Of a stretch of 64,000 bases of DNA, positions 12,071-25,365 are shown piece after piece. Numbering within the stretch: position 1 is the stretch's first letter; each line of letters opens with the position of its first letter. A program made the position numbers and the translations under genes. The notes beneath the pieces were generated by a model, which had not been told where the DNA came from, searched no databases, and was given only the letters and a program-made list of their open reading frames with translations. Source of the DNA: Octopus sinensis (lineage: Eukaryota); the NCBI RefSeq assembly GCF_006345805.1, contig NC_042997.1, positions 210,428,001 to 210,492,000 of the forward strand, written 5' to 3'.

Positions 12071-12853
12071 CTGACACCGTTTTGTTGCCAATTTATGCTA
12101 ATTCTTTTGCGAAAGTCTTCTGTAAGTGCAGAGTTATGTCCCTTTATCGTGATGATTGCCAGGAAAAAAAAACAAGAAAAACGGGAAAAAAGTAATTTTT
12201 CTTAAATAAAATTCATGATTGGAACTGTTTAGTCGACCCACGAAGTAGAAACAAGCATCACAGGTGAATGAATAGGTTAAGATATATATTCTGTGAAGAA
12301 GGTTCAATGGATCTTACAAAACTTTAATTGGTAAATCTGTATGTGGTTGTACGACATACTAGAAAGAATAGCAAGGTATTCTTCAAATCGAATGCTATTT
12401 AATAAAAGGAAGGCTATGTTGGACAATGTAAGGCGTAGATAATAGGAAAAGGCGAGGCGGTTGGAACAACGTGTTCTAATCTGTCAGAGGGGCTAAATAA
12501 GAGGGAAAGGCAAATAGCAACAGAAATAATTGAAATGGTGAAGTCTAGTAGAAGAAGAAAAATGTGACGACCAGAGACCAGAGACCAGAGTCAAAGAGAA
12601 AAGGAAATCCAAGGAATAGTGAGAGAGTAGGAGGACGAGGGTGAGGGGAGCAGTAACAAGAGTCGGTCAAGGGAGGGGGAAAACAGGGAAAGGGAGAGGG
12701 AGAAAAAAATTCAAAGAATGTTAACGGATCTAATGAACTTTTCTCTCGCATTTTCTTCCTTTTACTTGTTTCACCCATTGGACCGCGGCCACACTGGAGC
12801 ACGGTTTCCTCCAGCAATTCAATCCCCGTAGTTCTTTTTTCTTAATGGCAATA

Positions 12854-13150
12854 TCTTTATATATAAAACTGTAGTTGTATGCTGTCTGTCTCCTACGATT
12901 TAGGTTCCTAACTACTCCCACATTTTGCGGTGCAGTTTAACCAAAACCGGGTATCTTATAGTCGTGATTCATATCGAGCCCTTCTGGGTATTAGCGCACG
13001 TCTACGATGAGTCTACGATTTAAAAAAAAATTTACCATCATTTTTTCCATTTTTAATGCATTTTTTGCTATTTTTTGGCTATAACTCTCTAAAAATGCTT
13101 ATATAGTTATTTCCCTTACAAACCCGAGCAACGCCAGGCGATACTGCTAG
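12854..13150 (+). mobile_element. Non-autonomous Helitron, ~297 bp
   Basis: A|TC 5' end and CTAG|T 3' end, with a GC-rich subterminal segment CCCGAGCAACGCCAGGCG. Homologous copies at 24091-24491 and 55637-55929. Confidence 0.8.
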
Positions 13151-13217
13151 TATATAATAATAATGAAATTATTGTATACAGTGCTCAGGTGCACCACAAC
13201 AAAAAATGTGTAACAAA

Positions 13218-13290
13218 AGCCCCCAGTGAGGATCGAACTCACGACCCCTGGTTTACAAGACCAGTGCTCTAACCACTGAGCTATGGAGGC
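13218..13290 (-). tRNA. tRNA-Thr-TGT: tRNA-Thr(UGU), identical to and inverted relative to 7760-7832
   Basis: Exact reverse complement of the 7760 gene. The 3' trailer GTTACACATTTTTTG is also shared. Confidence 0.97.
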
Positions 13291-15261
13291 AACTGTTCTA
13301 TAGGCGACTTTTACCGAATTGCTACGTTACAGGGACGTAAATAAACGAACACTAGATATCAAGCAGTCGTGAAGGAAATAGACACAAAGACACACAAACA
13401 CACACAGGGGGCCGGATTAAGACTCATAGAAACCCTAATCACTTAAAAGGTTTTGGTGACCCCCACCCCATATGTGTGTATTTATTTCAAATATAAACAA
13501 TCTTTATTTCTGGAAATCTTTCAACGAAACAAAGCTTAATAGTAAAATGGAAAGCACAGATTATTTTTGTTGAGGGGTGGGTAGGACAAAATTGATAAAT
13601 AGGATAAAATTAGAGATTTCCGATTTCTTGTTATTTTCTCCCTTCCTGTTCGCATTACATTGCAAGTATTCTATCATCCTTTTGTGCTGTTGCATCATCT
13701 TTGGGAGAGAAAAAAAATTGGTCAGCAGAGATGTTGTTGATATTGTTATTAAAGTTGGGAGAGTTTGGAACGTAGTCGGGTGACAGGCATTCTTTCTTAA
13801 AGAAAATTTTCCTCAACTTCGACCCGATTCTAATTGAGATTGCTAATAAAATGTCTCTTTTACTCTTTTACTTGTTTCAGTCATTTGACTGCGGCCATGC
13901 TGGAGCACCGCCTTTAATCGAGCAACTCGACCCCGGGACTTATTCTTTTGTAAGCCCAGTACTTATTCTATCGGTCTCTCTTTGCCGAACCGCTAAGTAA
14001 CGGGGACATAAAAACACCAGCATCGGTTGTCAAGCAACGCTAGGGGGACAAACACAGATACACAAACATGCATATATATATATATATACATATATACGAC
14101 GGGCTTCTTTCAGTTTCTACCAAATCCACTCACAAGGCTTTGGTCTGCCCGAGGCTATAGCAGAAGACATGAACCCGTAACCATGTGGTTGGTAAACAAG
14201 CTACTTACCACACAGCCACTCCTGCGCCTGGATATTTTTGTTTAATAATCAAGATTTTATTCTCTGTTGGATTCCAAGTCAATTTTGGATCTTTTCACTT
14301 TGACCGGCAGATTTTTTAAATAGTTTCTTTGTAACTAAACACTTTTAAACTTCGTATACTGGTAGAATGTCTCACATAAAACATCTTTTTCTCTTGGCTT
14401 TCTTGAAAAAATTCTGTAGTTTGTAGCATATTTGTTGTTTAATTTCTTGCATTTAGGCAATTTCAACCAATCAATGACGTCTATTGAGGTGAATACAATT
14501 TCTGCCGTAGTTTGACAATGTCTAATTTGATCATTTTTAATTTTCAAAAAAAAAGAAAAAGATGTCTAAAACGAGGTTTAAAATGAGTAATCACAGATTT
14601 TGATAATTACTTCTCCTTAACTGCATACATATGAAAGAGAACCACTTCAGCAGATCTGGAGGAAGTTAACGAGAATATTTTGTGTTGGGCTTTTCGATTT
14701 AAATGATGAGTTTCGCTAATTTCATATCACGTACCATTTTTCCGTGATCCTCTTTCATTTGACTTAAGATATTTAATATTTTTGTCGCGTTTCTCATCTT
14801 TTTGGTGTTTAAGGATGCATATTGATGTGCACGAGTCTGTTTTCAAATGTAATTCTGGAGAATTGAGGCAAATATATTTACCTTATCTCGTCTTACTCAT
14901 TCTACCGCAGCTAAATTTGTCAAAGAGACCAGAGATAACCTTCGGAAACACTGTTCCGAATATGTTATAAAGTTTTTAATGCCTTTAGAGAAGGTCCTTT
15001 GCTTTGCTAATATAGTTTAAATAAGGCTGTGAACATCCGTAAATAATATATTTTTCTCAGAGGCGGCGAGCTGGCAGAAACCTTAGCACGCCGGGCGAAA
15101 TGCTCAGCGGTATTTCGTCTGCCGTTACGTTCTGAGTTCAAATTCCGCCGAGGTCGACTTTGCCTTTCATCTTTTCGGGGTCTATAAATTAAGTACCAGT
15201 TACGCACTGGGGTCGATATAGTCGACTTAATCCGTTTGTCTGTGTTTAAATACATGGATAC

Positions 15262-15328
<67 letters not shown>

Positions 15329-15449
15329 GAGAGAGAGAGAGACTTTAGTGAAAAGCAGCAGAAATATCACAAAAGCTGTTACTCAGAGCTTCACGTTTCC
15401 CGTTCGTCGGACAGTTTTGTATATATTCGTCAGTAGTTCATATATCCGA

Positions 15450-15486
<37 letters not shown>

Positions 15487-15712
15487 ATCTCCATGTATAT
15501 ATAGATCGCCATGTTGATTCGCTAGCTTCTGCACGCATATTTTTCTCTCTCCTTCTTTCTGTGTTTTTTCTCTGTGTATTTTTCTGTTGAAGAGCGTAGG
15601 CTCGAAACGTAAAAGACTTGTTTTATTTATATTCCTGAGCGCCATACTAATACAATTGTTTGTTTGTATTCCACCTGCCTTCGTCTTTTGTTTATTTTCA
15701 TAAAGCTTCCCG

Positions 15713-15713
<1 letters not shown>

Positions 15714-15783
<70 letters not shown>
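15714..15783. repeat. (TA)n microsatellite, ~35 units; the longest of many (TA)n and (TG)n tracts
   Basis: Read directly. Others at about 2530-2594, 3849-3888, 4099-4140, 5638-5685, 15278-15312, 16316-16352 and (TG)n at 25304-25362. Confidence 0.95.
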
Positions 15784-15788
<5 letters not shown>

Positions 15789-16104
15789 TATATATTTATT
15801 TCCATGGGTATGTGTAAGTATTTCACTTATATCTCACGTATTTATCACTTATATCTCACGTATTTATCGTATTTATCTCACGTATTTATCGCGGATTTTT
15901 AAAGAAATTTCTATCGGTTTGTTTTGAGACGCATAAATTATAATGGTTATTGATAATTTTGTCTTTTTTTCGGCATATTTGGAATTAGAATTTTTCTTTT
16001 GCCCTTATTTTGTAAATTATTTATAAACTTAACCTTTGAAGGTATTTTTTGATATGCTGGCCATTGATAAAATTTTTTTCCCGAAAAAATGTTATCCTAC
16101 ATTA

Positions 16105-16275
16105 GTTATATATATACCCCCAAAACGAAGAACAAACACAAGAAAAAAGCAACAACGCGAGGACGTGGTACACGTAAAGTATCAGCAGACGCTCAGGGAA
16201 GGAAAGATGGTTTAACGTTTCGAGCAGACGCTCTTCTTCAGAAACAGAGCAAAGTCTAATAGAAAAAGAAAAGCC
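16105..16275 (-). mobile_element. Solo Penelope-type terminal fragment (related copy at about 15545-15715 on +)
   Basis: Shares GAAGAGC-N-GCTCGAAACGT..TTCCTGAGCG with 47980-48125. Confidence 0.55.
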
Positions 16276-16312
16276 GGAGAAAGAAAATCCCCAATGATTC
16301 ACATGTGGTTAA

Positions 16313-16357
<45 letters not shown>

Positions 16358-16554
16358 GTGTATGAGTTCGCAGGTTATATTTTGCAGAACCCCTTATAAG
16401 ATTTTCCAAAAACCATGGAAACCAAATTCGTATTTTACAGACACCCTCATTAACAAAACTTGTGTCCGAGAGAAATTTCATTCGTATAAAATACATTAGA
16501 ATACATGGACGGGTGGCATAAACATCCACAACGACGAGTTACTAATACATCTCT

Positions 16555-17160
16555 GAATTGCAGATGGCATTATACTCATTGCCACAGATCAGCAGTTGGC
16601 TAGGCTAACAGAGCTGGACGCCCTTAGTAGGCCTTAAAATGGACTGCAAAAAGCCGAATAGAGGTGGAAAATGATGAAATCGAGGAGGCAAATGAATACG
16701 TCTACCTGGGACACAGTGAAAGCACACCAAGTTGTGGATATTGAGGTCTCGGGGAGAATAAGAGCAGAATGGAAGGCGTTGGCCTCGATGAAAGATGTGC
16801 TGAAAGCAAAGCCGGACAAGATCGTAGGTAACAGTTTCTCCGACGGCACCGTCCTGCCTGCGCCCTTAATACGCAATTGCGACGTGGGCTACTAACGATA
16901 AAGGAAGAGCATCGACGGACTACCATACAGAAGGCCATGGAAAAATCCATGCTAGGAATATCACGGTGTGAGTATATCCAAAATATCGAAAATGAGTTAT
17001 TTGAGAAGAGAGAGGAGTGATCGACGTGATCGCAGAATACCGAAATTACAAGTTCCGCTGGGTTGGACATGGCGCAAATTTCACAAACAATAGGTGGACC
17101 CGTGGAGTTGCCAGGTGGTATCCAAGAGATTGGAGATGACGATAGGTAGAAGATTTAGTT
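16555..17160 (+). mobile_element. Decayed RTE-type LINE 3' fragment (RT C-terminus)
   Basis: Frameshifted ADGIILIA, EYVYLG, RIRAEWKALAS, RWVGH..RWT..WYPRD motifs. Confidence 0.75.
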
Positions 17161-17932
17161 AATTTGGGCCGAAATAAAAAACAAAACAAACCAAAAAAAA
17201 AAATAACGGTGCAATGAAGAAAGCGTTAGAAGCGCATTGTGCTCAGCGGTGTATAACAACATCTGATAGTTTGGTCAGTACTGGCGAGAAAACTTTAAAC
17301 TAACCTATTTTCAAAATAATTTATAACATTTGTAAAATAAATTGTTATTCAATTTTATTAAAAGACATCTTGTGGAACTCCAGAAGTTTCTCCGAAGGAT
17401 CCACTTAAAGGAACTTTATAATTTGTGTCTATTTAATAAGAGAAGAAAAGAAGCCGTAAATGGTTCCAAATACAATTAAACAATGACTTTTAAACACCAA
17501 TGATCCACTTCTAATTGTTAATTATTGCTCCATTCCTTATCATCTCCATATATATTAAACCACGGTTTTACCTTTAAATTACCTACTACCGCATACCTTA
17601 TATCGAGGACTATACATAGTGAGGTAATACACGAGGAGTGCCTACCGATACGTCTATCCCTTGGATGGTTGCAGAACTTCTTACTTATATCTTATTTAAT
17701 AAGTAATACATAACCAAAATACCAAATGAAAACAGCCCGTTCTCTTGATCTTCGATTGCTTTTCCTGGCTTTAAAATATAAACGAAAGTTTGTTTGGAAA
17801 CACAACTGAACTCTTTTAGCTGCCATAAACAACTAACAAGGATCCTCTTGCGGTCGCCTAGCATGCTAAAGATAGCTGTCAAATTGCCACTTTAACCATC
17901 ACCAAAAGCACACGAACCACCGTTGAAGGAAG

Positions 17933-18160
17933 ATAGGGAAATCGATGTACTCATTCTCTGAAGTGTTTACTTGACATCAAACTGTACATAGATCAAAGCT
18001 GAGACTCCACCAAACTTGTGAGACCTCCGGGCAATTGTTCAGAGTGGCCCTTCCTTAAGGAGGCACTGGTTTTACTTCGAGTGTCTTCTACACTCGAATC
18101 AGATCGATCGAAGCCTTGTGTGAGAATTTGGAAACTGGAAAAACCATTGGCAGGATCATT
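17933..18160 (+). repeat. 228-bp direct repeat, copy 1 (copy 2 at 20856-21083)
   Basis: ATAGGGAAATCGATGTACTC...GGCAGGATCATT; 5 substitutions counted and no indels seen. Confidence 0.92.
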
Positions 18161-19038
18161 ACCAATCAATCGTCTTCTGAAGTTCAAAATTCCTGTTGGA
18201 GATATGAACTTACGACTGACTTAAAGTTTCTAAGCCAGAATTTATCCATTTAGAGTTTTCCCTTTTCTGCCGGAATTTTCGAACTGAAATAGAAGAAACT
18301 TGAAAAATTGATTAAAAAAAAACAAACAATTTTGATTTGGTGACGTCTCGAGTAGAATCCGATCCAAGGTCTCTAGGTTTATATGTTTATGAATTAATGG
18401 ACTGTTCTTAACCCTTTTTGGTTTCGTTCATTCCATTCATAGACTGACCAAGTGACAACATGTAGGTTACACACACGCACATATATAACCATTTGTGAAG
18501 TAGTTTCTTCTTTTTCTTTTTGTTGGATTGTCTCTGCCAGGTAATTAAATGGTGATGTTTCCCATTTGACATTGGTTTGCAGAAGGTATCACTTGACTAG
18601 TTTTCGTTTAGCATTGAGAGAGAGAGACTAAAATATTGTAATATTCATTTGAATTAGAAATGTCATTTATTCTTAAAATAACCACCTTTATACCTTCTTT
18701 TATTCTGAAAATAATCACAATATTTGTTCTTTTATTCTGAAAATATTCATTTAATATTGAGCTTCGGTGCCTAGTTCGTAAGAAAGAAATCTTTCATCAC
18801 CATTGTTTAAGAAGCGTTGCAACAATATTTTAACTTTTTTGCTGAGGTCGACTTTGCCTTCCATCCTTTCAGAGGTCTATAAATTAAGTACCAGTTGCGT
18901 ACTGGAGTCGATCTAATCGACTGCCCCGACACCAATAAATTTCGGGCTTTGTCCTTAGAGTAGAAAATGTTCTAACCTCACTTGTTTTTTTCTTCACAGT
19001 TGTTTCTCTTTGGTCAAAGAATTTCTTGTATTTTCAGG

Positions 19039-22000
19039 ATGTCGGTGTTCAATATTTTCCCACTGAGCAATTCATTTGCCAGCTTTAATTGTGTCAACTG
19101 TCGCCTGTATGGCAGAAAGTGGGAACGGCGAAGTAAGTTCACTTTCCGGGGAGCAGAAGCGGAAGAGGTTAACCCGACGACTTTGACAATGGAAGTACCA
19201 AGACCATTAATTCCATGTAGGATTCTATGGTTAATCTCTTATTCAAAATTCTTTAACTCTTATTGAATGTTTAAATGAAGTCGTCCTAATTTTAATGCCC
19301 ACCTTCTCCTTTCTCTTTTCAAGCTGCCGATCCCGAATACCTGAGCAAGGTGTTCCGTGTCCTCCGCTTTGACTACATGCCAACCACTAATGCATCCCTA
19401 CACAACACATCTAAATTTTATTCCACTAATCAACAAGCTTTAATGATTCGTCGAGGTCTTCCGTTTAAGATAAAAATCACTTTTAATGAGAAGTATGATC
19501 CAGATATACACGAGGTGTCCTTCGTTCTCTTAGCAGGTAAGACAATTTCTTTTTAAAACATTTTTTGTATTTTTTTTTGTCTCTTGTTGCTGTTTAACTC
19601 GTGGTGGTCTCTGGTTTTTAATGAAAAAACATCCTAGCCATGGTTATCCCACCTTAGGTTTCATATAGGGCGGAGAGCTGGCAGAAACGTTAGCACGCCG
19701 GGCGAAATTCTTAGCGGTATTTCGTCTGCCGTTACGTTCTGAGTTCAAATTCCGCCGAGGTCGTCTTAGCCTTTCATCCTTTCGGGGTCGATTAAATAAG
19801 TACCAGTTACGCACTAGGGTCGATACAATCGACTTAATCCGTTTGTCTGTCCTTGTTTGTCCTCTCTGTGTTTAGCCCCTTGTGGGTAGTAAAGAAATAG
19901 GTATTTCGTCTGCCGTTACGTTCTGAGTTCAAATTCCGCCGAGGTCGACTTAGCCTTTCATCCTTTCGGGGTCGATTAAATAAGTACCAGTTACGCACTG
20001 TGGTCGATCTCGACTGCCCCTCCCCCAAAATTTCGGGCCTTGTGCCTAGATTAGAAAATACCTTAGGTTCCATATAATGTTTAAGACAGTAGGAAATGAT
20101 TTGGAAATTTGGCTGCTGTTTCTAGCAAGTCATGCAAGCGCCGAGAGCAGGGACGGAGAAACGTTTTAGTATCAGGGTTTCGTTGCCAGCACGAAGGAAT
20201 CTGAGGACGAGGGTGATGGGTTGCTTCCGTGCTGAAGGAAATTGTTCAATCTTTAATTTTACAAATTCCTAGTGTTAAGAACTTCTTGTTTTGGTGTGAA
20301 AGCTTGGAACTGGTTTTTCCTTTGAAATTTTTTTTTAAAGATTTCTCTGCAGGCGAAGGTTCCGCTACTCCAGACCTTACAGGTTCCTTGCTACTTCTAC
20401 ATGGATGCTGACACTGTACAGATATTTTACTATTTCGGTAACCAAGATGTAAAGTTAGTTTTTTTAAATTCCAGATTACAAACGTGACTGACGGTCATAT
20501 GTACTCTAACCCCTCACCCCCATTCCTTATATTTCATGTCCCTCAATGTATGTTTTTCCCCCCCAGTGAAAAACAGTCCTCAACTGCGGACGAAGTCTGC
20601 AAACGAAATATTTTGGTTGGCACCATTCCCCTTGTCTTTATTAAACCTCAGTAAATTGGAAAAGGTATTGCTATATCAGCTTCACGTTTCTCCTATTTTC
20701 AAAATTTAATTATAAAAAAGAGAATAAATGGAACTTGAACTTTACCAAACTTCGATCCCCCCCCCCAAAAAAAACCGTCTGCCGGCAAAGCTGTGTGGCT
20801 GAAATTTTGCTTTCAGGTTCCGTCCCACCCTGCTACACCCGGGGGTCGTCTCATTATAGGGAAATCGATGTACTCATTCTCTGAAGTGTTTACTTGACAT
20901 CAAACTGTACATAGATCAAAGCTGAGACCCCACCAAACTTGTGAGACCCCCGGGCAATTGCTCAGAGTGGCCCTTCATTAAGGAGGCACTGGTTTTACTT
21001 CGAGTGTCTTCTACACTCGAATCAGATCGATCGAAGCCTTGTGTGAGAGTTTGGAAACTGGAAAAACCATTGGCAGGATCATTCCGATAACCGAGTCTTT
21101 GTCCACCGGTTTTAACGCTGATATTACTTCGTCCTTCGCTGACAGTACTTTTTGATGCAAGAATTCAAAGCAGGTCACAGATCTGCAACCAGTGACGGAG
21201 ATCCTTAAAGCTCATAACCCCATCCTTCCTCTAAACAATAAGAATAGGTTAATGTTTTTATTTTTCCTCCAGACCAGGAGTCTCCAAACTACGGTCCGCG
21301 AGGTCAGTTCATCCGGCCCGCCGCCGCACTACCTGCAATGAGAGTTCATTTGCATCTGGTATGGCACTAGTGTTTGGAACAACTTATGTCTGAGCAAACA
21401 TTTTCAAAAATGTAGGATGTGAAGTCAGCACATCGAACGATGTTGACTGATAAACATTTGGAAGCAATTCTCTCGGCTGGATGAAGCAATTCCAAAGCAA
21501 ATATTGGTGATCTCTTAAAAAGCTAAACACACCAGTTTCACAATCTCACCAACCATTTTTGCTGCTTAGTTTGTGAGATTCAGATATATTTGCAGATATG
21601 GGTGTGATATAACTATCTTATTGCTAATGTCGCCTTCTCTGATAACTTTTTGCTAAATAAATATGTTGGTTGTCTTTATTTTTTGTGTATTCACTGCATT
21701 GTATGGAACAAAATGGTTATGCGGCCCACGATCATCATTCTCTCTGTTATCTGGCCCGCCATGGAAAATGTTTGGTGACCCCTGCTCAAGACCATCGTTG
21801 ATTAATATGTTTGGTGATCGATTCTTTGGCATAACTATAAAAGTATTACAACATAAAAACTTCTCAATCTTGTTCCGGTAAGGGAGGTTTAATGATTCTT
21901 TCAGAAGAGTTCTATAATTCCATTTATGACTGTTTTAAACGTTCGAAGCTTTTTTTTTTTTTTTTTTTTGTATAAAATGTTCATCAAACCCTTGTTTTGT

Positions 22001-25000
22001 AGGGGACAGGCCTGCTCCTGGTTTGGACACTCATGTCCATGTTGAGTTGAATGAAGGACCATTCGAAGACGAAGTGTGGTGGTGCAAGACGGAGGAAAAT
22101 AGCGAAACTGGATTGATTCTCAGCCTTCATCCACCAGCAAACTGTATCATCGGAGAATGGGATATTTTTGTGAAGACTTTGGCTCCAAGTGACGAAAGTG
22201 TGAATTACTATCTTTACGACCACAACTCTCCATTTTATGTTCTCTTTAACCCTTGGTGTGAAGGTAAGCCTAGATTTCCAATGAACAACTTGTATTACGG
22301 TTTTGTTCTCTGTTCAAGACAATGTCTATGCCCACATTTCTAACAAATTTGATTATCATCCATTTTTCAGTTTTCTACCCTAGAAAGGACCATATGTAAC
22401 ATTTTGATCATTTTCTGGTTTCGATATTGTTTCTCGATGTTAATATATTTAACGTGGCTTTTTCCTTTCTTATTCCGATGTTGATATATTTATGTTGAAA
22501 GCAGTGAACTGGCAGAACCGTTAGCAATCTGGGGGAAAATGCTTAGCGGCATTTCGCCAATCTTCATGTTCCACAGAGGTCGACTTGGCTTTTCACCCTT
22601 TCGGGGTCTGTAAAATAAGTAGCGGTTGAACAATGGGGCCGTTGTAATCAACTTGTCCCCAACCGGAAATTGTTAGCCTTGTGTCAAAATTTAGAACCTG
22701 TGTATTTGATGTTTATCGAAAGACTTTCTTGCAAACGTGAACTTCAACAGTTTAGGAATCTAGAAGGTGTGGCGTGGCTTGGTGGTTAGCATATCAGTTT
22801 GCGGGTCGTAAGATCGTGAGTTCAATTCCTGAATGTGCGTCGTCTTAGAGCAAAAAACTTAATTTACGTTGCTCCGGTCCACTCAGCTGGCAAAAATGAG
22901 TTGTACCTGTCATTCAAAGGGGGCCAGCCTTGTCACATTCTGTGTCACACTGGAACTGGGAACTGCGTTAAAGGAACGCGTGTCTGTGGAGTACTCAGCC
23001 ACTTGCACGAGAAGGCTGTTCCGTTGATCGGATCAACTGGAAGACTCATCGTCGCAAGTGACGGAGTGTCCGTTGGGATTCTAGAGCAAAATGCATATCA
23101 CGTGTTAATATTATTTTTGTTTCCTTATTACCCACAAGGGCCTAAACATAGAGGGGACAAACAAGGACAGACAAACGGATTAAGTCGATTATATCGACCC
23201 CAGTGCGTAACTAGTACTTAATTTATCGACCCCCGAAAGGATGAAAGGCAAAGTCGACCTCGGCGGAATTTGAACTCAGAACGTAGCGGCAGACGAAATA
23301 CCTATTTCTTTATTACCCACAAGGGGCTAAACATAGAGGGGACAAACAAGAACAGACAAACGGATTAAGTCGATTATATCGACCCCAGTGCGTAACTAGT
23401 ACTTAATTTATCGACCCCCGAAAGGATGAAAGGCAAAGTCGACCTCGGCGGAATTCGAACTCAGAACATAATGGCAGACGAAATACCGCTAAGCATTTCG
23501 CCCGGCGTGCTAACGTTTCTGCCAGCTCGCCACCTTCACGTGTTAATATATTTTTGTAAATGGAATTATAGGTACATAGGGTAAATGTAATAGATTGCCT
23601 TTCTTTGAAAATGTCTTTCTGCAGCTGACCAAGTGTATTTGGACAGCCCTGAGCTACTGAAGGACTACGTTCTAAACGAGTCGTTAACAATATTCGTTGG
23701 CACCAAAGAACAACTCAACTATAAACACTGGTACACAGGACAGGTAAGGCTTGGCCATGTTTCTAGGTGCAACTTGTCAGTGTGTGTGTGTGTGTGTACA
23801 CTTATATAGATACACACATGCATCTATGAGGAACGGTTAATGTGTCTCGTTAATTAAACCATTAGGCCATGTTCTGTTAAGATGCATGCTATCCCCGCCC
23901 CACACACGGACACACAAACAGACGCTCGTGCACACACGCCCTCCCATACACACATGGACACACGCATACTCATACACACGCGTAGATAGTCATCAATTTA
24001 TTCAAAAAACTGTTTAACTTTCTTTGAGAGAAACGTCATATGGATGAATGTATGCGTTTCTGAAGAAAACTGAAACCGCTGTATTATATACGAGCAGTAT
24101 CGACCGGCGTTGCTCGGGTTTGTAAGGGAAATAACTATATAAGCATTTTTAGAGTTACTTCCCTTATATAATAGCAAAAACATGAATTAAAAATGGGAAA
24201 AATTTATGGTAAATTTTTTTTTAAATCGTAGACATTTTTTGAGTTACTTCCCTTATATAATAGCAAAAAAATGCATTAAAAATGGGAAAAATTGATGGTA
24301 AATTTTTTTTTAAATCGTAGACTCATCGTAGACGCGCGCTAATACCCAGAAGGGCTCGATATGAATGACGACTATAAGATACCCGCTTTTGGTTACACTG
24401 CACCGCAAAATGTGGGAGTAGTTAGGAATCTAAATCGTAGGAGACAGACACCACACAACTTTTCTTTTATATATATATATATATATATAGATAGTTAGAT
24501 AGATATAAAAATGACATAAGTCAGTATTTAAAAAAACGCAACGCACACATATGAAGCACACACTTATAAACACACACACACACACACATTCAGACACACA
24601 TTCACATACTCATCTTGGACAACTCACAATGCTGGAACATAAGTTCAAAAGAAATAGAAAAAGAAATGGAAGAGATGTGTCACTGAAGAGATTGCAACAA
24701 TGCAATGAAATAATTGACAAAAAATACACAATACTGAACAATAACAGTAAAGGTCCGAACCAGTGCGTGTGTTTATTATTGTTGGTATAACGCCCCTCCC
24801 AAAGTTCAATAGAATTTATTTCGAAACGTATTCACATCAAGAATCTTGCAAACCAAATACAAATACTAATCATGTTCTGGTAATTGGTAATTATGCCGAC
24901 TTAGCTTCAAGTAGGGGCCTAGTTTCTGTCAGTTTTAGTTTATAGAATTTAGCATTTTTGAATTTCTTGTTTGTCATGAAGAACTCTGCCTATGGCTTTT

Positions 25001-25300
25001 GAAGGCCTTTCCAGATTGTTTAATCTGCTGTCAACCCTGATTCAGTAGACATGGACTCCCTATCGACCCTCCCATTCCTAACCAAGCGGGACACCGAGGG
25101 AGAGACGGCTGCACCGGAAGCAATCGGTTGGTGCACTTATTGACGAATAAAAGGATGTACCTAACCCAGACACAACACACCGCTCTGTCCAGGAATAGAA
25201 CTCTCGATCTCATGAACAGGAGCCTACCACCTTCACCATAAGGCCATATGCAGCATGGCAGAATTGTTAAGTTTGCTTCGCAATCCCGAAGCCCTGGGTT

Positions 25301-25365
<65 letters not shown>

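Noticed and set aside
12854-13150. Helitron rolling-circle capture as the origin of the tRNA array
   Set aside because: No Helitron sequence occurs in the array units, and the element's 3' end points away from the array.
13404-13460. hAT/Tip100-like left end CAGGGGGCCGGATTAAG
   Set aside because: No matching right TIR or TSD was found.
19109-19132. Alternative start MAESGNGE
   Set aside because: It is out of frame with exon 2 after splicing and stops after 14 codons; at most an overlapping short ORF.
20353-20382. 30-nt in-frame cassette exon (GEGSATPDLT) in transglutaminase intron 2
   Set aside because: The acceptor is good and the phase fits, but the donor GTTCCT is poor and the family alignment does not need the insert.
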